64,000 bases of DNA from Candidatus Latescibacterota bacterium (lineage in GTDB: Bacteria; Latescibacterota; UBA2968; UBA8231). This document shows positions 37,461 through 48,499 of this stretch, one piece after another. Position 1 is the stretch's first letter; every line of letters starts with the position of its first letter. Made by a program: the position numbers and the translations under genes. The notes beneath the pieces were generated by a model. It saw only the letters and a program-made list of their open reading frames with translations. It did no database searches and was not told the DNA's origin. The stretch covers positions 2,368,001 through 2,432,000 of the forward strand of contig CBDCDC010000002.1 of the NCBI GenBank assembly GCA_965215195.1. Reading direction: 5' to 3'.

Positions 37461-38300
37461 TTATTCTCGGTCTTGTTCATGCTTCTCAACGGCCTTTTCC
37501 AATTCGGGCAGCAACATGTTTTTGACCCAACTAAAATCTGGATTGATTGCAAGCGCCTTTTCAAAGGCGGCTCGCGCTAGCGATAGCTCGCCTCGGTCTT
37601 GGTAAGCGAGGCCGAGCCAAGCGTAGGTGCGGCTGTGTCCCCATGCGGGATGGATGGGATCGGCTGGCTCTTCTTGGGCGAAAAGTTCGGCGGCGCGCTG
37701 GAATCCTTGCAGGCCCTTTTCTTTGCTGCCACCAAACATTCCGGGGGTATTAAAGTCGCGGATGGCCGTGCATAGCACGACGCGCGGATTGTCGGGTGCG
37801 AGCTGCGTCGCTTTTTTTAGGGCCTGCTCTGCTCTGCGCCCCAAGACCATGCCCTTGACCGGGTTGAGGCCGATCTGTCGTCCGTACGCGCTCGCTAGCA
37901 GGGCATAGGCCTCGGCCGCTTGCGGATTGATCTCGGTAGCCTTTTGCAAATGATTGACCGTGGTTTTGAGGTGCTCAGAAGCCGCGCCTTTGTTTTCCTC
38001 GCCCGCGGCCAACAGGTGATCGGCGATGCGGTAACCGGCTAAGGCAATGTAGTAGTGGCTCCACGCGGCCAAGGCGGTGTCGGTCGAGGTGCGCTCAAAC
38101 GTGGCTTTAGCCGCGTACATCGCGTCGAGAGAGCCTTCTCGCAGCATCTGTTTGCCGCTGATGAGCAGGCTGTCGGCGGAGCTTCCCGTCGCCAGCATTG
38201 GCGACGCTTGTGCGCGGGCGAAAGCGGCGAGCGAAAAGGCGAAAGCAAGTGCAAGCCACAGCGTAGTGGCGACCAGCCGGTCACCCCTAGGGATCGGCAT
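37461..38300 (-). CDS. Secreted TPR protein
   Basis: Signal peptide ending AQA; KATEINPQAAEAY, AWLGLAY...FEKALAINPD. Confidence 0.8.
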   Translation of the reverse strand: MPIPRGDRLVATTLWLALAFAFSLAAFARAQASPMLATGSSADSLLISGKQMLREGSLDAMYAAKATFERTSTDTALAAWSHYYIALAGYRIADHLLAAGEENKGAASEHLKTTVNHLQKATEINPQAAEAYALLASAYGRQIGLNPVKGMVLGRRAEQALKKATQLAPDNPRVVLCTAIRDFNTPGMFGGSKEKGLQGFQRAAELFAQEEPADPIHPAWGHSRTYAWLGLAYQDRGELSLARAAFEKALAINPDFSWVKNMLLPELEKAVEKHEQDRE

Positions 38301-38308
38301 CGCGCTTC

Positions 38309-39886
38309 TCACATCCCCCAAACATCGATCTCAACCCCCTTGCTCGCCGCCCGCCGACAATAGAAAATTTTGTCCTCCCAACGCCGACCAACGCGTCGAT
38401 CAAAAACCACCAAATGACCCGCCACTGCCGCACACCGATCCATATAGCCCGCGGTCTGTTCCAACCCCTCGGCGACGGTCTGCTCCAAGCTCTTGTGCAG
38501 CACTTTGCACTCGACCACGACCTTGTGCGTCTCCTCGCCCTGCGGCCACGCGATCAGCAGATCCGTCCGACCCCGACCCAAGCCATACTCCCGCTCAATC
38601 CGACCACCGCTGTTGACAATCCGCTGCAAAAAAGCCTGCAACAGCAACTGCGGGCCGGCCTCTTGGTATTGGAACCGCGCCACCCAATGCTCGGAGTGCT
38701 CGCGGAAAAACGTCTGAAACGCCCTCAGCAACTTGCTCACTTCCAAGCCGCCCTCGGCATCCACATACCACGCCGTCTCCTGCTCAAATTCCTCCTGAAC
38801 AACCCACGTCAATTCGCGGGGCACCACCTCGGCGTAAATCGGATTGGCCACCCGCAACGGACGACTTTGCGCCACTAGCCCCAAGTCGCGGACATACTCG
38901 AGATCGTGCGTGGAGAACGTGCGCTCGTCAGCCCCGCTCAACAGCGGCTCGACCACCCGCTGCACCCGCTCCTCTTGCAGCTTGTCGGCCAACTGATCCA
39001 GATGCGTCTCCCGCCGCAGAATGAGCTGTTCTTGCGCGTGGCGGATAGCCTCGGCCGCAATTGGAAGGCGGCGGTCGGCCGCAGCTTCCCCATAGGAGCA
39101 CGTCTCGTCGGCTAAGGCGTTGACCAGCCACGGCTGCCCTTGCGTCTGGGCCCAGATCACCTCCAATGCTTCGTCCGTAAACACCTGTCCCGTTTCTTCC
39201 GTGTGCTGCCCCAGCAGAGCAAACACCTCGTCCTGCGTAAAGTCGCCCAAGCGCAACGACCGCGCCTTGATGTTGAACGCACTACCGCCGGCAATAATCG
39301 CGTTTTCTGCGGTCGATTGGATGCGGTAGTCGCGCACATCGCGCACCCCGCACAATACCACGCTCTGCGGAAACCCCTCCGGCCGCCGCACATAGCCCGC
39401 TCGCAACTGACGCAACACCGCCAGCAGCGAGTCGCCAATCAGCGCGTCGATTTCGTCGATCAGCAGCACCAGCGGCCCGGCAGACGCCTGCGACCAGCGC
39501 GTCAACGCCTCATCCAAGGCCCCGTGTGGACCGTATTTCGCCAAGACGTCAGGCCAAACCGAGTCGAGAAACTCGTCGCCGAGCGTCATGCGCGCCCAAG
39601 AGGCCAGCGCCCCCAAAATGGTGCGCATCACCTGCTCCACGTCTTCGCGCCCGGTCTGCCCCCCTTCTACGTTGACGTACACGCAGCGGTAGCGGCCCTC
39701 GCCGTTGAGCAGGTCGCGCAACGCTAGCAACGCTGACGTCTTGCCCGTCTGACGAGGCGCGTGTAGAGCGAAATAACGCTTGTCGCGGATGAGGCGGAGA
39801 ACCTCAGTGAGATTGAGCCGGTCCAACGGTGGAATGCAATAGTGATCCGCCGCGACCACTGGCCCCGTCGTGTTAAAAAAACGCAT
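38309..39886 (-). CDS. AAA-like P-loop ATPase with a C-terminal PD-(D/E)XK-like domain, copy 1
   Basis: APRQTGKT, LLIDEID, REYGLGRGRTDL..VVECK. Confidence 0.85.
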   Translation of the reverse strand: MRFFNTTGPVVAADHYCIPPLDRLNLTEVLRLIRDKRYFALHAPRQTGKTSALLALRDLLNGEGRYRCVYVNVEGGQTGREDVEQVMRTILGALASWARMTLGDEFLDSVWPDVLAKYGPHGALDEALTRWSQASAGPLVLLIDEIDALIGDSLLAVLRQLRAGYVRRPEGFPQSVVLCGVRDVRDYRIQSTAENAIIAGGSAFNIKARSLRLGDFTQDEVFALLGQHTEETGQVFTDEALEVIWAQTQGQPWLVNALADETCSYGEAAADRRLPIAAEAIRHAQEQLILRRETHLDQLADKLQEERVQRVVEPLLSGADERTFSTHDLEYVRDLGLVAQSRPLRVANPIYAEVVPRELTWVVQEEFEQETAWYVDAEGGLEVSKLLRAFQTFFREHSEHWVARFQYQEAGPQLLLQAFLQRIVNSGGRIEREYGLGRGRTDLLIAWPQGEETHKVVVECKVLHKSLEQTVAEGLEQTAGYMDRCAAVAGHLVVFDRRVGRRWEDKIFYCRRAASKGVEIDVWGM

Positions 39887-39964
39887 GGCCGAATCTCCTC
39901 GTCCGAATCAGCAAGGGTGGAGTGTGGGAAGGTACAGGATACGTTCAAGCATTAACATCTATGA

Positions 39965-40278
39965 GGTAATACCCTAAGCCTTAACCTCGGATCGAGGGCC
40001 GGACGCTCTCGATCCCGGACTCATCGCCCATCAACGACAAGTTACTGGTATCGTGTAGTTAGGGTAATACCTTAGTACACGGCACTAAAATTTCCGCCGG
40101 GTGCGCGGGCAGCCTGCCCGCCAACAGGGGCTATGGTTTATCAAGTTTATCAAGTTTTATGGCTATATAAATCAATAAAATTAATAATATAATTAAAAAA
40201 TTGATAACGCATTCAAGGGCATCCTACCATCGAGCACTAATGTACCCACAGGAGGGGTCGTGTACTTAGGGGTAATAC
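39965..40278. mobile_element. Two tandem MITE-like elements separated and flanked by the direct repeat GGTAATAC
   Basis: GGTAATAC at 39965, 40063 and 40271; ends CCTAAG.../TCGTGTAGTTAG and CTTAGTACACGGC/GTCGTGTACTTAGG. Confidence 0.7.
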
Positions 40279-40296
40279 CTTAATTGACGCTTGCGT

Positions 40297-40614
40297 TTAC
40301 TTAGAGGCTCGAGCCGCGCCGCAGCTCCAACAGTCTGTAAACGCTCCCGGGCACTCCTCGCCACACGCAGCGCAGGTCCACGGTTCTTCGCCTCCCACAG
40401 CCGTTGCAAGCAGGGTGTCGATGTGCGACTTCGCGGCCGCGGCCTGTCTGTCGTCCAAGACCCACAACTCCGGCCAGCACTCAATCGGGGGCAGTTCGCC
40501 CACGCCGCCGAGCAGGTGCTGACCGCGCAAAACGCATTCAATGCCCTGCGCGGCCAGCGCGTTTTTGAGGTGGCTGAGCATGGCCAAATCTTGGGTAGTA
40601 TAAACTCGTTCCAT
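40297..40614 (-). CDS. DUF2007-like protein with a C-terminal zinc ribbon
   Basis: L...GIEC, GELP..ECWPELWV, WTCAAC...FTDCWSCG. Confidence 0.8.
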   Translation of the reverse strand: MERVYTTQDLAMLSHLKNALAAQGIECVLRGQHLLGGVGELPPIECWPELWVLDDRQAAAAKSHIDTLLATAVGGEEPWTCAACGEECPGAFTDCWSCGAARASK

Positions 40615-40634
40615 CGTCTGTTTCTCCTTCAGCG

Positions 40635-43523
40635 TTACGCGCTGGTCGCAACTCGCCCCCGCAAGGCCGGCAACAACCGCGTCACCTCCTCCTCCAGCAA
40701 CGCCAGCGCCTCCGCAGCGTCGGCAAACGCTTCCCCGCGCCCGATTTCCTCCAACCGATGCGCGGCCTCAGCCGTCTTCTCGGCCCCGAAAACGTGCGCC
40801 GACCCCTTGAGCGTATGCGCGGCCCGCCGCAATTCAGGGCCATCGGCGCCGGCGATGTGCGCGCGGATCTGCTGCATCAACTTGGGGCACTCGGCAAAAA
40901 ACATCTCCGCGAGCTCGCGCAGCATGGCCTCGTCGCCGCCGACGCTTTCGAGCGCGGCCTCCCACTCAAAGGGCAAATCCGCCGGCTCAAATTCACGCCT
41001 AAAGGCACTGTGAAGCCCCTCCACGGCCGCGTACAGCTCGTGCGGGCGCACGGGCTTGGCGACGTAACCGTCCATGCCGGCCGCCAAGAAGCGGTCGCGG
41101 TCGCCTTTCATGGCGTGGGCGGTCATGGCGACAATGGGGATGTGCCCGCCGGTCTGTACCTCTGCTTGGCGAATGGCGGCCGTGGCCTCTAGGCCGTCCA
41201 TGTCCGGCATTTGCACGTCCATCAGCACCACGTCAAAGGGCTGCGCAGCCACCTGCTCCACGGCCGCGCGGCCATTGTTCACTACCACGACGGAATGGCC
41301 GCGCTCTTCTAACAGCCGCACGGCCACCTGCTGGTTGATCACCCCATCCTCGGCTAAGAGGATGCGGCGGCTCTCGACCAGCTGGTCCCCGGGCGCTTCA
41401 CCGCGCCTTGAGGCGCGACCATACACCGGCGGGGCGGCTTCGAGGGCCGCGCTAATGGCCTCTAGCAGGTCGGATTGCTTGACCGGCTTGAGCAGGCTGC
41501 GGGCAATGCCCAAGGAACTCGACCGTGCGCTGTACTCGGCGCGGTCGGCCGAGGAAAGCAGCAGCACCGGCACATGGACAAACGCTGCGTTCTCGCGCAT
41601 CCTCGCTACCGTTTCTAGGCCGTCCATCCCCGGCATCATCAGATCCATCAGCACCACGTCAAAGGGCTGTTCAGCGGACTCTAAGGCCGCTATGGCAGCC
41701 GAGCCGCTCTCCACCAGCTCGACCTCCATCGCCCAGCTTTTCAGGATTTCTTCGAGAATCCGCCGATTGGTCGCATGGTCGTCGGCGACTAACACCTTTA
41801 GCCCTTGCAGGGAGACCTGATCGGTGCGCTGGGTCTCCGGCGTCCCCAGCCCCAAGCGGACCGTGCAGTAAAAGGTGCTGCCTTGGCCCTCCTCGCTCTC
41901 GACCCAGATGCGGCCCCCCATCAGCTCGACTAGCTGCTGCGAAATGGCCAAGCCCAAGCCAGAGCCGCCAAAGCGCCGCGAAGTCGAGCTATCGACTTGG
42001 CTGAACGAGTCGAATATCCGCGCCTGTTTCTCCGGCGCGATGCCGATCCCGGTGTCGCGCACCCACAGGCACAGGCAGATGTCGTCCGCCGAGGCGTCTT
42101 CTATGACTACCGCCACTTCTACTTCGCCCTCCTCGGTAAACTTGACGGCATTGCCCACCAAGTTGATCACCACTTGGCGCAAGCGGCGCGGGTCGCCGAT
42201 CAAGCGGTCGGGCACGTTCGCGGGGATGTGGCACACGAGCTCTATGTTTTTGCTCGCCGCGTGCATGGCCAGTGTCTGCACAGCGGTGCCTACCTCGTCG
42301 CGCAGGCCGAACTCGATCTTCTCCAGTGCCAAGCGGCCTGCTTCGACCTTAGAGAAGTCGAGGATGTCGTTGAGCAGGGACAGCAGGGATTCGGCCGATT
42401 GCTGCACCAAGGTCAAGTAGTTGCGCTGCTGGGATTCGAGGCGGGTGCGCCCCAAGAGCTCGGTCATGCCGATGATGCCGTTCATGGGGGTGCGGATCTC
42501 GTGGCTCATATTGGCCAAGAACGCACTCTTGGCATGGTTGGCCGCTTCGGCTTGCTCCTTGGCGTCGCGCAGGGCCTCTTGCGACTCTTCGAGTGCGAGC
42601 AGGGCCTCGTGCTCGGAATGCGCGGTTGCCGCGATTAGGTGGTATTGCTCTTGTAGCTGCTCTTCCGAGCGCCGCCTTTCCGCATCAACCCGCGAAAGCG
42701 ACGCGGCATTCCACCATATCAGCAGGGCAAAGGCCGAAATGTTGAGCAGCGTAAAGAGCGAGAGCCCAAACTCGTACCCGTAGAGGGCCTCGACCTGCAT
42801 GCGGCCCCAGTCAAGCGCGAGGGGAATGGCAAAGGCGGCCGGCAAGAGGCGGCGCGCCACCGAGCCGCCCTCGGTAGTGCTGATTATGGTGGCGATCGGC
42901 TCGCGGTGCGGCCGGGCGCAGAGCAGGCCAGCGCAGAGGATGAGGAATTCGGTCGCCGTGTCCGGGACGACCGGCACAAACCCGGAGACCCCGTAGAGCA
43001 GGAGCACGTTGTGAAAGTAGCTGCTCATCGACAAAAGCCCGATGACCGTGGCCGCGAGTACGCAGGTTTGCGGCAGATAGGCGCGGCCCCTCACCTGCAC
43101 GTCCATCAGCACCAAAGCCAAGCCTAGCAGCAAAAAGGAAAAAGCCGCATTGGGCGACATCCGATAGACGCCCAGCTTGAAGTAAAAGAGGTACGTATCG
43201 ACGCCTCGCTCCCAGTTGTACTGGTAGCCGACTAGCTTGAGCACGGCGATCAGCACCACGGTCGCCCCTAGCACTGCGCCCGCACACCGCCGCCAGCGGC
43301 TCAGGGGCTCGGCCTGCAACGACAAAAGCGCCGCGCCGGCCAAGATAAACTCCACCGCCACGAGCGGATGCGTCGCCACCCAACTGATGTGCATGAAGCT
43401 TTTGAGGTATTCGTCGTCGGCGTTCCAGCCCCACAGCACCAGTGCGCCCGAGAGCACGGTCGCGGAGGCTGCCAATCGCGCCAGCCAGCCAGCCCAGCGC
43501 AGGAAACGGGGATCGCCCCCCAT
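40635..43523 (-). CDS. Membrane hybrid histidine kinase (HisKA, HATPase, two REC, Hpt)
   Basis: [37 protein letters not shown], two receiver domains, AAHTLKGS. Confidence 0.95.
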   Translation of the reverse strand: MGGDPRFLRWAGWLARLAASATVLSGALVLWGWNADDEYLKSFMHISWVATHPLVAVEFILAGAALLSLQAEPLSRWRRCAGAVLGATVVLIAVLKLVGYQYNWERGVDTYLFYFKLGVYRMSPNAAFSFLLLGLALVLMDVQVRGRAYLPQTCVLAATVIGLLSMSSYFHNVLLLYGVSGFVPVVPDTATEFLILCAGLLCARPHREPIATIISTTEGGSVARRLLPAAFAIPLALDWGRMQVEALYGYEFGLSLFTLLNISAFALLIWWNAASLSRVDAERRRSEEQLQEQYHLIAATAHSEHEALLALEESQEALRDAKEQAEAANHAKSAFLANMSHEIRTPMNGIIGMTELLGRTRLESQQRNYLTLVQQSAESLLSLLNDILDFSKVEAGRLALEKIEFGLRDEVGTAVQTLAMHAASKNIELVCHIPANVPDRLIGDPRRLRQVVINLVGNAVKFTEEGEVEVAVVIEDASADDICLCLWVRDTGIGIAPEKQARIFDSFSQVDSSTSRRFGGSGLGLAISQQLVELMGGRIWVESEEGQGSTFYCTVRLGLGTPETQRTDQVSLQGLKVLVADDHATNRRILEEILKSWAMEVELVESGSAAIAALESAEQPFDVVLMDLMMPGMDGLETVARMRENAAFVHVPVLLLSSADRAEYSARSSSLGIARSLLKPVKQSDLLEAISAALEAAPPVYGRASRRGEAPGDQLVESRRILLAEDGVINQQVAVRLLEERGHSVVVVNNGRAAVEQVAAQPFDVVLMDVQMPDMDGLEATAAIRQAEVQTGGHIPIVAMTAHAMKGDRDRFLAAGMDGYVAKPVRPHELYAAVEGLHSAFRREFEPADLPFEWEAALESVGGDEAMLRELAEMFFAECPKLMQQIRAHIAGADGPELRRAAHTLKGSAHVFGAEKTAEAAHRLEEIGRGEAFADAAEALALLEEEVTRLLPALRGRVATSA

Positions 43524-43525
43524 CG

Positions 43526-43897
43526 CTAACCCGCTACGGCCGCCCGGATAGACCGGGCCAAGCTCTCGCCATTGATCTGGGTTTTGACTAAGTAATCGCG
43601 GGCACCGGCCGCTACGGCCTCTTCGGCGAGCACTTCGTCATCGAGGCCGGTGAGGACCAATACGGGGATATGCGGGGCGGTTGCTTTGACGCGCTCGAAC
43701 GTGGCCAGCTCTTGGCTGTCGGGCAGTACTAGGTCGAGGAGAATTGCGTCAATGCCTCCGGCCTCTAGCCGCGCCAAACCGGCCGCTAAGTGATCGACCG
43801 CTTCCACGGCAAATTCCGCTTTCAGCAAGCCCTGCAACAGGCGGGCGTGAATGGGATTGTCCTCAATGAGTAGGACGGATATGGGGGCATTGGACAT
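43526..43897 (-). CDS. Single-domain response regulator
   Basis: [22 protein letters not shown]. Confidence 0.9.
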   Translation of the reverse strand: MSNAPISVLLIEDNPIHARLLQGLLKAEFAVEAVDHLAAGLARLEAGGIDAILLDLVLPDSQELATFERVKATAPHIPVLVLTGLDDEVLAEEAVAAGARDYLVKTQINGESLARSIRAAVAG

Positions 43898-43953
43898 AGC
43901 GCACCGTTCCGTTCATCACATTCGGTGGGAGGCCAAGGTGCATGAGACAGCTG

Positions 43954-44757
43954 CTAGTCGTAATTGCTCGGCACGTGGTCGCCCAAAAGCCGCCGCTGCC
44001 GCGGCGTGGCCTCGGCCAACAGGGCCGCGTCAAATTGGAATTTGTTCAGATAGGGTGGGTACTTCTGGGTGATAATGCGCTGGGCGTAGTGTACTTGGAG
44101 CAGGTAGCGCGTCTGCTCGCTCGTATTGGCCGTGCCGCGGTGCCAAACCTCGCAGCGGAACAGCACACAGTCGCCGGCCTTGCACAAGATGCTCTGCTCC
44201 TCAACGCCCTTAAAGCTGGTCTCGCCCGCTCGAGGCCGCCGACCCGCGCGGTGGCTGCCCGGCACGAAGCGAGTCGGCCCTAGCTCCTCGGTCAGGTCGT
44301 CGAGATAGTAATGGGCCGTGGTGATAAAAATCGGAATTTTTACCGCTGGGTGGTCCATGACTTCTGCGGGCAGGGTCAGGGGCTGCCAGTCGGCGTGCAG
44401 GGTTTGGTCCGGGCGGCCCGGGCCGGTCATCCAAGCCGTCATGCCGATGCAGTGGCAGTCGTCGCCGTGTACTGCCTCGACTAGGTCGATGATTTCGGGC
44501 CGGTCCAAGTACTGGGCGAAAATTGGAGCGCGGTTGAACGCGTTGTTGATGCTCTTGTTGAGAAAGCCGTGCGCGGCCGGGTCGGTGTGGCGGTCGTAGC
44601 TTTCCTCCAGCGCGGTCAGCTCGTCCATGGCTTGGCGCAACTCGGCGATCTCTTGCTCGTTGAGCACTTGGGGAAAATAGGCGTACCCGTCTTCCTTCAT
44701 CGCCTGCACATAGCCGGCTAGATCGGGCCGCGCCACCAGCGGCAACGCCGTTGTCAT
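43954..44757 (-). CDS. PhyH family dioxygenase
   Basis: LHAD, YYLDD...GPTRFVPGSH, WHRG..N....R. Confidence 0.85.
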   Translation of the reverse strand: MTTALPLVARPDLAGYVQAMKEDGYAYFPQVLNEQEIAELRQAMDELTALEESYDRHTDPAAHGFLNKSINNAFNRAPIFAQYLDRPEIIDLVEAVHGDDCHCIGMTAWMTGPGRPDQTLHADWQPLTLPAEVMDHPAVKIPIFITTAHYYLDDLTEELGPTRFVPGSHRAGRRPRAGETSFKGVEEQSILCKAGDCVLFRCEVWHRGTANTSEQTRYLLQVHYAQRIITQKYPPYLNKFQFDAALLAEATPRQRRLLGDHVPSNYD

Positions 44758-44812
44758 AGCTGTATTCCTCTTTTGAGGATTGCCCGCGACGCTACTTTCC
44801 ACTTTGCTCGGC

Positions 44813-45265
44813 CTAGGGAGCATTTTCACTGAGCGAAACGCCTAGAATATCGGCGACGCGAAACAGCGACAGCTCTTCCTCTTCGCTCGTCCGGTCGGCC
44901 AGAAACGCATCCTCGCCCGAGGCCTCAGCCACCCTGCGCCCGACAAAGACCAGCATTTTTTTGAAGGCAACCGCACTCTCCTTGGCCGCCTTGCGGTCCA
45001 AGATATCCGCCGTCTGCGCCAACCCGTTTGCCATACCGCGCGCATCCACCTTGAATCCAGTGAAAAGCTCTTCGTCGCGCTGCATGTCGCGGAACACCTC
45101 CCGCACCAACGGCTCCCGGTAGAGGTCGCCTCCCTCCACCTCGCCGGCTAGGGCGGCCATCTCGTCTTCGTCGATGGTCGCGTCGGCCGAGGCCACCGCG
45201 GCAAAGACCCACAGCGGCGCGTATTTCAAGGTCTGCCACTCTACCGTCTCGAACTGCTCTCGCAT
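44813..45265 (-). CDS. Hypothetical helical protein (TerB-like?)
   Basis: AAGGA RBS; ASADATIDEDE and VAEASG...SEEE..L..VADILG. Confidence 0.6.
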   Translation of the reverse strand: MREQFETVEWQTLKYAPLWVFAAVASADATIDEDEMAALAGEVEGGDLYREPLVREVFRDMQRDEELFTGFKVDARGMANGLAQTADILDRKAAKESAVAFKKMLVFVGRRVAEASGEDAFLADRTSEEEELSLFRVADILGVSLSENAP

Positions 45266-45281
45266 CCTTTTCCTTTCAGCG

Positions 45282-45316
45282 AAAAAAAGCCCTGCCGACA
45301 AATGTAGACAGGGCTT
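45282..45316 (-). terminator. Intrinsic terminator downstream of nfuA
   Basis: Minus strand AAGCCCTGTC...GGCAGGGC followed by TTTTTTT. Confidence 0.7.
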
Positions 45317-45332
45317 CAAGAACTAGTGGTGC

Positions 45333-45902
45333 CTAGTAATACGGGTTTTCTCCCGAGGCGTGATCCGTCGCATCGACCACTTCCTCCACCTCGGGCACTG
45401 CTTCCTTGAGCATGCGAATGATGCCCTGTTTGAGCGTCACATCGGCTTGGCCACAGCCCTGACAGCCCCCGCCCATCTGCACGAAGACCGTGTTGCCCTT
45501 GATATCTACTAAGGTCACTATGCCGCCGTGCGCGGCCACGCCCGGGTTGATTTGGGTTTCGATGACGCGGTGGACGGCCTCGGCCACCGGGCCGCTCAGG
45601 TGCGCGGGCATCTTGCGCGGGCGCTCGATCTTGAAACCCGAACCCATAAGCCCATCCACGTAATCCACCTTGGCTTCCGCCAACAGATCGGCGCTTTCGG
45701 GGTCCATGTACACGTCAAAGCCCGCAAACTGGGCAACCTGATCGTCGCTGCCTACCTGCTGGTCGGATATGAATGCCAGCTTGTAGTCAACCTGCTTGAC
45801 CGGGTCGAGGCGAGCGCCGATGCGCAGGCCCTTGACCGGCTTTTCGCTCTCGGCGACTAAGGTGGCGATTTTCTGTTCTGCTGCGGCGGTAATGGTAATC
45901 AT
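45333..45902 (-). CDS. nfuA: Fe-S biogenesis protein NfuA (degenerate A-type carrier + NifU C-terminal domain)
   Basis: ITITAAA...VDYVDGLMGSGFKI; INPGVAAHGG; GGCQGC. Confidence 0.9.
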   Translation of the reverse strand: MITITAAAEQKIATLVAESEKPVKGLRIGARLDPVKQVDYKLAFISDQQVGSDDQVAQFAGFDVYMDPESADLLAEAKVDYVDGLMGSGFKIERPRKMPAHLSGPVAEAVHRVIETQINPGVAAHGGIVTLVDIKGNTVFVQMGGGCQGCGQADVTLKQGIIRMLKEAVPEVEEVVDATDHASGENPYY

Positions 45903-45973
45903 GGTCTGTCCTCCATTGGGGCGTCCTGTTTGATAATACCGAGACAGTGGGCTGCGGCGCAAGCGGCCCATTC

Positions 45974-48499
45974 CTAAAACCGAGGGTCAACCGGCTCGCT
46001 TTCCAAGGCCAAGACCCCAAAGACGCATTCGTGTACCCGGCGCAGGGGCTGCCCGGCGACAAACCGCTCCAAGCCCTCCACCCCCAGCGCGAATTCCCGC
46101 AGTGCCAACGTCTGCTTGCCCTTGAGGTTGCGGCGGCGCAAAAGCGCTAGGCGCTCTGTGTACTCAGGCCCGTAGATCAGCCGCAGATATTCGCGGCCCC
46201 GGCACTTGAGCGCCGGCTGGACGAGGCCGCGCCCGCCTGTGCAGACGAAGTCCAAGGGCTTGGCGACCAAGCCCTCGCTGCCGCTGGCGGTCAGCTTCTC
46301 CCACCAGCGGACTAGTTCGCTGCTGCTGTGCATGTCGTCCAAAACCACTCGCCGGCGCTCTATCGCGCACAGCAACTCCGGCTCGACCGCGCAGAGCTCG
46401 TCCAAGGTCTCTAAGTGCCACGCATGGGTCTGATTGACGTGAACCTGCCCCTCCGTGGCCAAGAGGTGGAAAGGGGCCACTTTGAGATCCTCGAGCGAGC
46501 GCACCGGCCAGCAATAGGGGCGATAGGCCGCTGCGTAGCGCGCCGCGGACTCGGCCCGGCCGCGGCAACGGCTCAACAGCTCGCCCACGGCCACGCCCCG
46601 CGCGGCCGCCTGCTCCAGCGCATCCACGGCCCCTGCCAGCGACACGCGCGCGGCCGCGCCGACCGCTGCGTATTGATCTTCGACTAGCTGCTGCGCCTTG
46701 GCCGACCAAGGCATGATCTCGGCGTCGAGTATGGCCCAGTCCGTCGCCAGCGCACTCCACAGCTTGCTGCGCTCAAAGGCCCGGCGCACGTGGTCCAAGA
46801 GGCCCGCTTCCAAGCCTGCATCCACAAAGAAGCGGCGGCCCGTGCGCGTGTAGCAGATGCCGGCGCGGCCGTCGTCTATTCCAAAGCGCCGCTGCGCAGT
46901 TGCCGGGTTGCGGCAGACGACCAGCACGGCCCGCGAGCCCATCTGCTTCTCCTCGCAGACGAGCTCGCGCACGCCGCAGCCGCGATAGTACGCTAAGACC
47001 TCGTCCGGATGTTCGAGCAGGTCCGGGCGGGTGCTGGTTCGGGGCGGGGCCATCGTCGGCGGCAAATAGACCAACCACCGGTGATCAACGGCAAAGCGGC
47101 TCATCACCTCTAGCGCCGCAGCCGCCCGCTCCGCATGGACGGTAACTCGGCCCATCAACCGCGTCTCCACGCGCCGCTTCCCGGCCACATCCGCTAAGTC
47201 GAGCATATCGTCGTTCGCCGGTTGTACCGCCAAGGGGCGGACCGGGTCGGCGTACTGGGCCTTAGCCGGGACGGATACGAGTTCCAGCTCGGGATAGCGC
47301 AGTGCCGTTAGCGCACCGCCAAAGACGCAACCAGTGTCGATGTTGATCGCGTTGTTGATCCACTCCGGCCGCGCCACAGGCGTGTGGCCATAGACGACGC
47401 GGGCGCGGCCCCGATACTCGGCCGCCCAATCGCGGCGCACCGGCAAGCCAAACTCGTCCTCCTCGCCGGTGGGATCTCCGTACAGGGCAAACGCCCGCAC
47501 GGCCCCGGAGGCGCGGCCGGCCATTTCCTCCTTCATGCCAGCGTGTGCTACCACCAGCGCACCCCGGTCGAGGACGTAGTGGCTGACTAGGCTGCCGAGA
47601 AAGGTCTCGACTTTTTTCTCGAACTCCGCGGTCTCGCCGGCGAGCTGGGCGAGCGTCTCCTCCAAGCCGTGTGTGCGTTGGACCTTTCTGCCCTGCAAGG
47701 CCCGCACCAAGCGCGCGTCGTGGTTGCCCGGTACGCACAGGGCCGAGCCCGACTCCACCATGCGCATGACCAGCGCGAGGACGCCGGGGGCATTGGGGCC
47801 GCGGTCCACCAAATCGCCGACAAAAACGGCCTTGCGCCCCGGCGGCGGCTCCACCTTTTCTCCTGCGATGCGATACCCCAGCCGGGCGAGCAGGGCTTCG
47901 AGTTCGGCGCAACACCCGTGTACATCGCCGATGATGTCAAACGGACCGCGCTCCTCGCGGCGGTCGGGCCACAGCTTCTCCCGCACCACTTCGACCCGCG
48001 CCACCTCTGCGGGCGTGCGCAGCGCAAAGGTGCGGCGAAAGCCCTCGCGCTTGAGGCCCTTGAGGCCGCGGCGCAACTGGCGGTGTTGCCGGGGGATCAC
48101 GTGGGGGGGCAAGTCGCGGTCTGTGCGCATGGCCGCGCGCTCTTCGCAGAGCACCCGGGGGAGGTCGAAGACAATGGCCACCGGCTGGGCGTGGTAGCGC
48201 TTGGCCAGCGCAACCAGCGGCTTGCGCGCCTCGGGCTGGACGTTGGTTGCATCGACCACGGTCAAAAGGCCCCGCGCCAAGCGGCGGGCGGCGACAAAGT
48301 GCAGGGCGGCAAACGCATCGTCCGTGGCCTCTAAGCTGTTTTCGTCGTCGGCGACCAAGGCGCGAAAAGAGTCCGCGGAAAGCACTTGGCTCCGGGGGAA
48401 GTGCTCGCGGGCAAAGGTCGATTTGCCCGCGCTAGAGACGCCGATTAGCACTACCAGCGAGAGGTCGGGTATGGAGAGGCGGATTTTTTCGTCAGCCAC
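45974..48499 (-). CDS. pnkp: Polynucleotide kinase-phosphatase-ligase of the bacterial RNA repair system
   Basis: GVSSAGKST; GDVHG, GDLVDRG, GNHD, GHT; EEKQMGSR; LALESEPVDPR. Confidence 0.93.
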   Translation of the reverse strand: MADEKIRLSIPDLSLVVLIGVSSAGKSTFAREHFPRSQVLSADSFRALVADDENSLEATDDAFAALHFVAARRLARGLLTVVDATNVQPEARKPLVALAKRYHAQPVAIVFDLPRVLCEERAAMRTDRDLPPHVIPRQHRQLRRGLKGLKREGFRRTFALRTPAEVARVEVVREKLWPDRREERGPFDIIGDVHGCCAELEALLARLGYRIAGEKVEPPPGRKAVFVGDLVDRGPNAPGVLALVMRMVESGSALCVPGNHDARLVRALQGRKVQRTHGLEETLAQLAGETAEFEKKVETFLGSLVSHYVLDRGALVVAHAGMKEEMAGRASGAVRAFALYGDPTGEEDEFGLPVRRDWAAEYRGRARVVYGHTPVARPEWINNAINIDTGCVFGGALTALRYPELELVSVPAKAQYADPVRPLAVQPANDDMLDLADVAGKRRVETRLMGRVTVHAERAAAALEVMSRFAVDHRWLVYLPPTMAPPRTSTRPDLLEHPDEVLAYYRGCGVRELVCEEKQMGSRAVLVVCRNPATAQRRFGIDDGRAGICYTRTGRRFFVDAGLEAGLLDHVRRAFERSKLWSALATDWAILDAEIMPWSAKAQQLVEDQYAAVGAAARVSLAGAVDALEQAAARGVAVGELLSRCRGRAESAARYAAAYRPYCWPVRSLEDLKVAPFHLLATEGQVHVNQTHAWHLETLDELCAVEPELLCAIERRRVVLDDMHSSSELVRWWEKLTASGSEGLVAKPLDFVCTGGRGLVQPALKCRGREYLRLIYGPEYTERLALLRRRNLKGKQTLALREFALGVEGLERFVAGQPLRRVHECVFGVLALESEPVDPRF

